A DNA stretch of 32,000 nucleotides from Candidatus Saccharimonadota bacterium (GCA_001761425.1 CP012986.1:750001-782000), one strand, 5' to 3'; positions 25,557 to 32,000 are shown, numbered from the stretch's first letter. Numbers and translations are program-made. Notes: generated from the sequence alone by a model not told the origin.

Positions 25557-26390
25557 ATGGAGTTTTCGCTTAAGAGAGTGGGAGACATGAATCTGCACCA
25601 TTTTGAATCCAGGACAGATTCACCTATTCAGCTGGTCTTCACTCCCGGTGTTCTCGGTCCTGAGGTCTGGGGGCATCAGATCCGTTATTTCTCGAAAAGA
25701 TTTGATACTACAGCGTATAATACTACTTTCAGCAACAGAGGTTTTGATGATCAGATGAAGGCCTTGGAGACTGTTATCTCCCAGGAAGATGTGGAGAATG
25801 CTGTTTTGATCGGTCAGGGACCTGGTAATTCATTGATTCAGGCCTTTGAGGAGGATGAAGATGTTGTTGGAACGGTTTTGACCAGTGTTCAGGATGATTA
25901 CAGGTCTGTTCCGCGTGAACTTTACGGTATTGGTAAGAAGCTTGGCTGTATGGAGCCGAAGCTTGTGAAGAAGTTTTTCTTTTCCGATATCACGGATTAT
26001 AATGTTGTTAAGAACTTTGTGGAAGACCTGGATCTTGTGGAGTACGGGGATTACAGGAGTTTTGTCGAGAACTACAGTATCAGGACTCCTGTAAAACAGT
26101 CGATGATTATCCATGCTACAGAGGACAGGTTCTCGGACAGACAGTGTGCAAGAGATGTTGAAGGCGCCAACCTCAGCGTTATCGACGCAGGTACCTTCAG
26201 TTTCTACGAGAAGCCACAGGAATATAACAAAGCCCTGCATGATTTTCTTGTAGGTGTTGAGAGGCTTGTTGAGGAGCGTGAGGTCTACAGGGCTGCTTCG
26301 GAGAACAGGTCCCTTAAAGAGTTTGAGGCCGAGGAAGATGATAGAAAGGTGAAAGTTCGGAATGATAGCAGGCCTGATCTTGAAGGATAG
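25557..26390 (+). CDS. alpha/beta-hydrolase-fold homologue with a degenerate catalytic triad
   Basis: Fold-typical spacing. PG replaces the oxyanion HG (VFTPGVLG). GQGPG replaces the G-x-S-x-G nucleophile elbow. ED is retained (IIHATEDRF). AGT replaces the catalytic-His motif (DAGTFSFYEKPQEY). Confidence 0.6.
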   Translation: MEFSLKRVGDMNLHHFESRTDSPIQLVFTPGVLGPEVWGHQIRYFSKRFDTTAYNTTFSNRGFDDQMKALETVISQEDVENAVLIGQGPGNSLIQAFEEDEDVVGTVLTSVQDDYRSVPRELYGIGKKLGCMEPKLVKKFFFSDITDYNVVKNFVEDLDLVEYGDYRSFVENYSIRTPVKQSMIIHATEDRFSDRQCARDVEGANLSVIDAGTFSFYEKPQEYNKALHDFLVGVERLVEEREVYRAASENRSLKEFEAEEDDRKVKVRNDSRPDLEG

Positions 26391-26922
26391 TATCGAAGAG
26401 GAGTCTCAAATCGCTTTTATGGATGAAGAAGTCAAGACTTTTTCTGTAAACGAAAACTCTGAGCTCGTCGAACTGATAAAGGAGTACGAGCCAGAGCTTG
26501 TAGCAGCGAATGTAGGCCTTGAACAGGGTAAGGAAGAGCTCACGAAGCAGGAGCAGGAGCTTCAGGATGAAGGATTTATCTTCACGCCGAACTCTCACCG
26601 GGAGAAGGTTGTGAAGAGACTGGAGACCTTGAAGGCTCAGATCGTTCATCAGACAGGCCTTCAGCCAGAGTTTATCAGGTTTGAGCCTCAGATCTCGGCC
26701 GAGGAGCTGGCTATCGATGGAGACAGGGCCTTAGAGAGTTATGGTGTCGATTCCTCTGATATTGATTCGGTTGAGGCCTTTGATGCGGTTGTCGGTGCTG
26801 TTACGGCTCGTTTCTATCAGGAGAACCAGCACTGGGATCTCGGTGTTGTAGTGCCTGAGGCGGTTAGAGAGAAGGATGGGACGGAGTCTGAGAAGGAGCT
26901 TGATCCGAGAGCAGAGGAGTGA
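26362..26922 (+). CDS. hypothetical protein, possibly RNase H-fold (COG2410/DUF429-like)
   Basis: MIAGLIL... start, ...ELVAANVGL..., ...FDAVVGAVTARFY resemble the family pattern, but the acidic catalytic positions appear substituted. Overlaps the upstream gene by 29 nt. Confidence 0.45.
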   Translation: MIAGLILKDSIEEESQIAFMDEEVKTFSVNENSELVELIKEYEPELVAANVGLEQGKEELTKQEQELQDEGFIFTPNSHREKVVKRLETLKAQIVHQTGLQPEFIRFEPQISAEELAIDGDRALESYGVDSSDIDSVEAFDAVVGAVTARFYQENQHWDLGVVVPEAVREKDGTESEKELDPRAEE

Positions 26923-26977
26923 CCTAAAAACTTATAAGGTTTTTACGATGAATAGGTAAATACAGGTTGTTAAAATT

Positions 26978-27319
26978 ATGGGAATGGAAAAATTTTACAG
27001 CACGGTCCGCAGCAAGCTAGGCTTGGAAAAAGAGGAGATGAAAGAAGAGTTGAAGGAAGAAGTTACTGAAGAGCTTAGACAGGAGCTTGGGCAGGAGATC
27101 TCCTACATTGAGGCCCAGATGAAAGAATACGAACAGCTCGTAGCAGAGGTAAATCATCTTCTCTCTACGATGAGGAAGGAACGCGTCCAGAAAAGATCGA
27201 ACGGTAACCAGATCAAGATGGACGATTTCAGCGAAGACATGGAACCTCTCAAGTCAAAGCTGAGGAAGCTTGAGGAATCCATGCAGAAGCGTCTGGACGA
27301 TCAGACAGCTTACAGCTAG
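26978..27319 (+). CDS. hypothetical coiled-coil protein (113 aa)
   Basis: Heptad-like E/K/L-rich sequence. No domain recognised. Confidence 0.5.
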   Translation: MGMEKFYSTVRSKLGLEKEEMKEELKEEVTEELRQELGQEISYIEAQMKEYEQLVAEVNHLLSTMRKERVQKRSNGNQIKMDDFSEDMEPLKSKLRKLEESMQKRLDDQTAYS

Positions 27320-27431
27320 AGAAGGCCTCCTCCATTTCATGGTTTATTTTTACCTCTAAGTGTATCCTCTGGCATATACGATTTTTTGTAACTATTTATT
27401 AAGTTGTGCTGAGGTAATTAGTCTCTGATCA

Positions 27432-28250
27432 ATGTCTAGAAGAAGCCATCCTGCTCTTAGTAGTTCTAAAAGTGTTTCCAGGGAAGATGCAGAGATACTG
27501 AAGAACTCGAGGAGGAGAGGTATTATCAAGGCCTTGAGCAGTGATACAGGTATGCTTGATTCTCTGGTAGGCCTTTTCCTGGAACAGGAAAATGATTCTG
27601 AGCCTGTAGGTAAGAGAGATTTATCGGATCAGGTCGCTGCATGGGAACAGGGAGTTCCCCTGGATGAGATATCTTACAAAAAATTGAAGAGTGTCTACGC
27701 TACCATACATCAGCATCATCTGGATATCCTTGATGAAGAGGATTTGATAAACCGTTATCCTCATGAAGGGCTTGTAGAACCTCTACCCGGTGTAGATGAT
27801 TATACGGAACTGATCGAGGACAGGCCTCACAAGGAAAGTGCTTTTCCGGGAGCGGATGACTCTCGGAACACAGATTCTGTTTTGACCACAGATGAGGCCT
27901 ATGATGCCCTCAGTAATGGGCGGCGCAGGCAAACCCTTAGCTATATGGGTAATAGCAGGGACGTAAAATTTTCTGTCGGGGAATTATCAGAGCACTTGGC
28001 CAGGTTAGAACAACCTGATGGAGATTCTATAACGTCTGGAGAACGGAAAGCAGCTTACGTAGGCCTTGCGCAGTGTCACCTGCCGATGCTGGATGAAACA
28101 GAGGTAATAGATTACGATGATAACAGGAAAAATGTAAGGAGAGGAAGACACTTCGAAGATGTAACAAGTTATCTGCCGGCGGACTCAGAGTCTATCTCAG
28201 ACCCTGGAGTGAGGAAAGCCAAGGCCTTGGGAGTTTTACCTCTTTTCTAG
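27432..28250 (+). CDS. tandem winged-helix (ArsR-like; haloarchaeal DUF7344-like) DNA-binding protein
   Basis: Two copies of the pattern [L.N.RRR....L]-[DL...VAAWE/LARLE]-[K..Y..L.Q.HLP.LD....I.Y]. Copy 1 is at about aa 20-110, copy 2 at about aa 155-235. TATA-like TATTTATTAA lies about 30 nt upstream. Confidence 0.65.
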   Translation: MSRRSHPALSSSKSVSREDAEILKNSRRRGIIKALSSDTGMLDSLVGLFLEQENDSEPVGKRDLSDQVAAWEQGVPLDEISYKKLKSVYATIHQHHLDILDEEDLINRYPHEGLVEPLPGVDDYTELIEDRPHKESAFPGADDSRNTDSVLTTDEAYDALSNGRRRQTLSYMGNSRDVKFSVGELSEHLARLEQPDGDSITSGERKAAYVGLAQCHLPMLDETEVIDYDDNRKNVRRGRHFEDVTSYLPADSESISDPGVRKAKALGVLPLF

Positions 28251-29137
28251 TCCAGTATCTGATCTACGAACTCTTCCCTGTCGAATTCTTCAATATCGCT
28301 GTAGTCCTGTCCCGTTCCAATGTATGCGACAGGTTTCCCGCTTCTTTCACTGATCGAGATAATGGCTCCTCCGCTCTCATCGACATCCAGTTTGGTGACG
28401 ATAACTGCGTCAAACATTCCTTCGTAGGCCTCTGCCTGTTCAAGCACGTCATTTCCGGCCAGGGCGTCTACTACCAGGAAACTGATATCTGGTTCGTTGA
28501 CCCGGACCATTTTCTCCAGTTCTCCCATCAGGTTATCATCACTGTGGCTTCTACCTGCTGTATCAATTATAGCGATCTTATCCTCGTTCTGTGCATGTTC
28601 CACGGCGTCGTATGCGACTGCTGCCGGGTCAGATTCGTATTCATGGCTGATAACTTTCGCACCGATGTTACTGCCGTGTTCCTCAAGCTGTTCTATCGAA
28701 GCAGCTCTGAAAGTGTCTCCAGCTCCGAGAACTACTTCCATACCCATGTCTTCAAACATGTCTCCGAGTTTACCGGCTGTAGTGGTCTTACCGGAGCCGT
28801 TGAAACCCATGAGAAACATTACAGGAGGTTCAGAGGCCTCATCCAGTGCATGTGCCAGGTCAAAGCTGTCATCAAGCAGTTCAAGCAGTACTTCCCGGAC
28901 AGCTTCTTCAACTTTTTCCTCAGCTTTTCCTCTTTTTACTTCACGGCCTCTCAAGGTCTCAAGAAGCTCTTCTTCTATGGCCTCGGCAGCTTCAAGCGAG
29001 ACATTGTTTTTCAAAAGCCTTAGCCGGAGATTTTCGAGTAAAGGGTTCAGGGTTTCCTCATCAAGTTCTTCCTCGGCTATAGCTGATTTTACATCGTCCG
29101 AAAAATCCTTTACCGAGTCCTTGAAGTTATTGAGAAT
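28247..29137 (-). CDS. ftsY: signal recognition particle receptor FtsY; probable non-canonical ATT start
   Basis: NG domain (GFNGSGKTTTAGKL, DTFRAA, DTAGR, TKLDVDESGGA, GTGQ). The FtsY-like N-terminal helix region continues upstream of the ORF-track TTG (29014) to an ATT at 29135-29137. That ATT is preceded by GGTGA with a 6-nt spacer and an in-frame TGA. Confidence 0.85.
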   Translation of the reverse strand: MLNNFKDSVKDFSDDVKSAIAEEELDEETLNPLLENLRLRLLKNNVSLEAAEAIEEELLETLRGREVKRGKAEEKVEEAVREVLLELLDDSFDLAHALDEASEPPVMFLMGFNGSGKTTTAGKLGDMFEDMGMEVVLGAGDTFRAASIEQLEEHGSNIGAKVISHEYESDPAAVAYDAVEHAQNEDKIAIIDTAGRSHSDDNLMGELEKMVRVNEPDISFLVVDALAGNDVLEQAEAYEGMFDAVIVTKLDVDESGGAIISISERSGKPVAYIGTGQDYSDIEEFDREEFVDQILD

Positions 29138-29143
29138 TGTTGG

Positions 29144-29148
29144 TCACC
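29144..29148 (-). promoter_or_regulatory. Shine-Dalgarno-like GGTGA upstream of the ftsY ATT codon
   Basis: The same GGTGA motif precedes the L21e ATG. The spacer to the ATT is 6 nt. Confidence 0.45.
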
Positions 29149-29200
29149 CTGTGAGGCCTTTTTGTAGAAGAAAGAGGTTTGATAGAGAGGCCTTCTTTTT

Positions 29201-29614
29201 TTATTCTTCTTTTTCTTCCATTGCCTGTTGCTGGAGCTGTTGCTGTAGGCCTTGCATTTCTTCCTGTAGTTCCTGTAGTTGCGTCTGTAGTTCTTCTTTT
29301 GTTGCTTTGAGTTCTTCTTTCTGCATTGTGAGGATGTCTGTTGCTTCTTCTGTTTCTCTTTTTTCGAAGGTTTCTCCTCCGATGTTTGTGACTACTTTGG
29401 TTGTTTCTTTGATTTCTGCGAGTGCGTATGTTCCTGCTCCGATTGGTGCGAGGATTTCTTTTCCTTCTTCGATGTCTGCGAGGTCTTTTACTGCTTCTGA
29501 GGATTCCTGTACTTTTTCTATGCTCTGGTCGACTTGTTCTACGTATTCCTGGATTTGCTGCATTTGTTTTTGGATTTGCTGGTATTGCTGCATCTTCTGC
29601 TGGTCTTGTGGCAT
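29201..29614 (-). CDS. pfdA: prefoldin alpha subunit
   Basis: Coiled coil - beta hairpins (ILAPIGAGTYALAEIKETTKVVTNIGGETFEKRETEEA) - coiled coil. The pfdA-ftsY adjacency is conserved in archaea. Confidence 0.88.
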   Translation of the reverse strand: MPQDQQKMQQYQQIQKQMQQIQEYVEQVDQSIEKVQESSEAVKDLADIEEGKEILAPIGAGTYALAEIKETTKVVTNIGGETFEKRETEEATDILTMQKEELKATKEELQTQLQELQEEMQGLQQQLQQQAMEEKEE

Positions 29615-29616
29615 TT

Positions 29617-29793
29617 CTAGATCTCCTCTGTGTTTTTGATCTCTACTTTGGATCTGCTGATGTTTTGTTCGCTTGTCAGCTGTGAGTAGAGTTTGTCCTG
29701 TGCGTGTTTTTCTGATTCTGCTTCGATCTCTCTGGTGAATGGCTGTTCTTCGATCCCGAGTTTTACTCTGCCGGAGAACTTGAATTCTGTCAT
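29617..29793 (-). CDS. rplX: 50S ribosomal protein LX (L18Ae/eL20 family), 58 aa; absent from the supplied ORF track
   Basis: My translation is MTEFKFSGRVKLGIEEQPFTREIEAESEKHAQDKLYSQLTSEQNISRSKVEIKNTEEI*. It matches the LX pattern (F.v.G.....G.Q.F.kEi.A......A.....YS..GS.H). The position immediately upstream of pfdA is conserved. Confidence 0.75.
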   Translation of the reverse strand: MTEFKFSGRVKLGIEEQPFTREIEAESEKHAQDKLYSQLTSEQNISRSKVEIKNTEEI

Positions 29794-29812
29794 ATTATAG
29801 TCGGAAGTTACG

Positions 29813-29823
29813 AAATTTTTAAA
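29813..29823 (-). promoter_or_regulatory. TATA box candidate (TTTAAAAATTT on the minus strand) for rplX-pfdA-ftsY
   Basis: Lies 20-30 nt upstream of the rplX ATG at 29793, in the 42-nt spacer after the ATPase gene. Confidence 0.45.
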
Positions 29824-29835
29824 CCCTGCGTAATG

Positions 29836-31872
29836 TCAATCGTATTTTTCGACGATTTCCATAGGATCTTCATTGTTCTGCGCCATCTCGACTACCATGT
29901 CTTCATCGCTGTAGTACTGTGCGATGATCTTTCCTACCTGTTCTACATCTGTTATGTCGTGGTCCACGAGCCATTGCAGGACTTCCTGTTTTTTTTCTAC
30001 GTTGTCGAATATTTCTCCACGGCTCATTCCTGTATGGAGTTTTAGTTTCTCAACGATCTCTGTGGATTCTCTCTCCTTGTTGATCTCGTCTTCTTCCGAG
30101 TCCCAAGCGTAGATGACGTTGGCTCCAAGCTCCGTCTCTCCTCCTCGTTTGTAACCTGATTTGGTGACTTCTGCTACCTGGAATACTCTTCTGAAGTTTC
30201 TTCTGCGTTCACGGAACATGACCACGTTAACGTCTACTGATTTAACCATCTGCTCCGCTACATCGATAGGCGGATTTAAAAGACGCTGAACTGTCTGTTC
30301 TGCTGTATCAGCGTGGATTGTGGAGTATACTGAGTGTCCTGTGTGCATCGCCTCGAAGAGGACTTCTGCCTGGCGCTTTTTACGGATCTCTCCGACCAGG
30401 ATACGGTCAGGACGCATACGAAGCGAGTTAACAAGCAGATCAAGCATCGAAATCTCTCCTTTACCTTCAGGGTTTGCCTCTCTCGTCGTAAGAGGCACCC
30501 AGTGAAGGAACTCCGGAAGCTGTACTTCTCTTGTATCCTCGATGGATATGATCCTCTGACTGGGAGGAATGAAAGGCATCAAGATGTTCAGAAGGCTTGT
30601 CTTACCAGCTCCTGTACCTCCTGATACAAGTACTGAAAGCTCGTACTGCAGACAGAGCCAGAGGAACGCAGCGACTTCTTTGTTAATAGTACCGTTTTTG
30701 ATAAAATCTATGACTGTCCACGGATCACGGGCGAACTTACGGATCGTGATAGTGTTACCGTGGGTAGAAATCGGCTGAATGGTGGAGTTAACACGATCTC
30801 CACTGGGAAGATGTGCGTCCAGAAGCGGATCCAGGGAGGAAATGTTTTTACCGACACGACGGGCAATTTCCGACGAGTAATTGTAGATCTCTTCTTCGTT
30901 CTCAAAAGTAAGGTTTGACTTCAGCCAGCCGTGCTCCTGGTGATAGACCCACGTCGGCTCATCCGCAGAGTTGATAACAAGTTCCTCAAGCCTGGGATCA
31001 TTCAAAAGGATCTCGACATCACCAAGCCCGACCATGTCATGAATCAAATTCCCGATAAGAATCTCCTTCGCACGCTCATCGGAATCAGGCAAAAGATCAT
31101 CCAACTGCTTCTCAACCTCCTCACTGAACTTTCTCTTAACAGTCTCAATCTCATCAGAATCCGTAAACTCCTCTCTCGTCAACTCCACATTCTCAATAAC
31201 ACGCTTCCTAATATTATCCACAAAGGCCTCCGTACCCAGACTGATCTGAGGCCTGTTAATAAAGTAAATCGGGACGTACTCATCGTCCTTATCTCCAATC
31301 ATGATTTTAGCTGGAACCTGATCCGCATCAACCTTGTAACTCTGATTTACCTCATCCAGAGTGCTTTCCCCGTACTCGACCTCCTCATGGTCTTCTTCAG
31401 GGATATCCTCATGATCATCCTCGACCTCGATCTCGTTCTTACCGCCTTCAATCTCAACCTCCTCAGGAATATCTTCCCCCTCAAGGCCTTCTTCCTCTTC
31501 ATCTTCTGAGGCCTCTTCGTCTTCTTCAGTTCCCTCTGACATCGAACCTGTTTCTATTATAGATGAACCCGAACCTTCATCGGAGCCTTCCTCATCCTCT
31601 TCATCTTCGTCCTCATAGTCCTCTGACTCAACGAGCTGGAAATCATCTCCAGAACCATCTCCAGAATCATCTCCGGAGTTTTCTCCATCAGATTCCTGGA
31701 TTTCATCGTCTTCAGAGGCCTGTTCTATCGCTGCCAGGTTCTTCTCGATCTCGTCCTCTATGTCCATGGAACCATCTTCTGAGGCCTCTTTTTCACCGCC
31801 TGAAGCTCCCTGATCCTCTGCTTGTTCGTCCATCATACCGCTTTCTATCAGAGAATCGTCTTCTTCACTCAT
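29836..31872 (-). CDS. type II/IV secretion-family ATPase (archaeal FlaI/ArlI-PilB-like) with a polyacidic N-terminal extension
   Basis: Walker A SGGTGAGKTS, Asp box IISIEDTREV, Walker B RPDRILVGEIR, His box TGHSVYSTIHA, and the GNTITIRKF motif typical of archaeal FlaI-like ATPases. The first ~170 aa are D/E/G/S low complexity. Confidence 0.9.
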   Translation of the reverse strand: MSEEDDSLIESGMMDEQAEDQGASGGEKEASEDGSMDIEDEIEKNLAAIEQASEDDEIQESDGENSGDDSGDGSGDDFQLVESEDYEDEDEEDEEGSDEGSGSSIIETGSMSEGTEEDEEASEDEEEEGLEGEDIPEEVEIEGGKNEIEVEDDHEDIPEEDHEEVEYGESTLDEVNQSYKVDADQVPAKIMIGDKDDEYVPIYFINRPQISLGTEAFVDNIRKRVIENVELTREEFTDSDEIETVKRKFSEEVEKQLDDLLPDSDERAKEILIGNLIHDMVGLGDVEILLNDPRLEELVINSADEPTWVYHQEHGWLKSNLTFENEEEIYNYSSEIARRVGKNISSLDPLLDAHLPSGDRVNSTIQPISTHGNTITIRKFARDPWTVIDFIKNGTINKEVAAFLWLCLQYELSVLVSGGTGAGKTSLLNILMPFIPPSQRIISIEDTREVQLPEFLHWVPLTTREANPEGKGEISMLDLLVNSLRMRPDRILVGEIRKKRQAEVLFEAMHTGHSVYSTIHADTAEQTVQRLLNPPIDVAEQMVKSVDVNVVMFRERRRNFRRVFQVAEVTKSGYKRGGETELGANVIYAWDSEEDEINKERESTEIVEKLKLHTGMSRGEIFDNVEKKQEVLQWLVDHDITDVEQVGKIIAQYYSDEDMVVEMAQNNEDPMEIVEKYD

Positions 31873-32000
31873 CGTCTATCTTACCTCTGAGAAACTCTTT
31901 CATAGTTTTACGGTCCTTGTGGCTTTCCTCGAACTCGAGCAAGGCCTTGTAATCCGGGTCCTCAAGTTCCTCGATCCTGAACTCCGCAGCTTTCTCTATA
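31865..32000 (-). CDS. 3' end of an unidentified acidic protein gene (partial; continues beyond the window)
   Basis: The open frame reads ...IEKAAEFRIEELEDPDYKALLEFEESHKDRKTMKEFLRGKIDDE*. Its TGA overlaps the ATPase start region (ATGAGTGA), suggesting coupling. Confidence 0.45.
   Translation of the reverse strand, partial: IEKAAEFRIEELEDPDYKALLEFEESHKDRKTMKEFLRGKIDDE

Noticed and set aside
25830-26649. Minus-strand ORFs of 136 and 111 aa
   Set aside because: They are antisense to the alpha/beta-hydrolase-like and RNase H-like genes, with basic, Leu-rich shadow composition.
28497-29639. 380-aa plus-strand ORF, extremely Ser/Cys/Phe-rich
   Set aside because: It lies antisense to the homology-supported ftsY and pfdA genes. 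Its low-complexity S/C/F composition is what the reverse complement of acidic E/D/K-rich coding sequence produces.
30931-31952. Plus-strand ORFs of 192 and 129 aa, rich in L/I/N/R/H
   Set aside because: They are antisense to the secretion ATPase. Their repetitive composition mirrors the polyacidic extension on the other strand.
1-32000. Search for CRISPR arrays, transposases or integrases, prophage genes, rRNA/tRNA genes and long direct repeats
   Set aside because: I recognised none by eye. The only repeated element I can support is the short AGGCCT hexamer and the palindromes built from it.

Overview
This is a compact archaeal window, roughly 90% coding, with moderate GC (mid-40s % by eye) and strongly acidic predicted proteins. 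The gene content includes Pus10, L21e, RpoF, LX, prefoldin alpha, Dim1/KsgA, DUF655, archaeal-type ProRS, and both SRP54 and FtsY. Together with small streamlined genes and 4-nt start/stop overlaps, this points to a salt-in halophilic archaeon, most plausibly a nanohaloarchaeon/DPANN-like lineage (inference). I call about 41 protein-coding genes, mostly on the minus strand. I recognised no rRNA, tRNA, CRISPR array, transposase or integrase. The most striking signal is not a gene. The palindromic hexamer AGGCCT (the StuI site) occurs about 137 times by my hand count, against about 8 expected for a random hexamer in 32 kb. It occurs in all three codon phases and in intergenic DNA, directly abuts several stop codons, and forms extended palindromes in two spacers. 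It is absent from one ~2 kb island at 29253-31223. Secondary observations follow. pyrG is broken by a single-base frameshift. ftsY has a homologous N-terminus with no canonical start but a GGTGA Shine-Dalgarno plus ATT. A three-gene envelope operon encodes a 950-aa surface protein densely packed with N-glycosylation sequons. A FlaI/PilB-type secretion ATPase carries a ~170-aa polyacidic N-terminal extension. An uncharacterised cluster at 7.6-10.2 kb includes an HExxH protein and a eukaryote-style classical C2H2 zinc-finger micro-protein. There is also a tandem-wHTH regulator and a catalytically degenerate alpha/beta-hydrolase homologue. All counts and homology calls come from reading the sequence by eye and from memory of family motifs; none has been computed.
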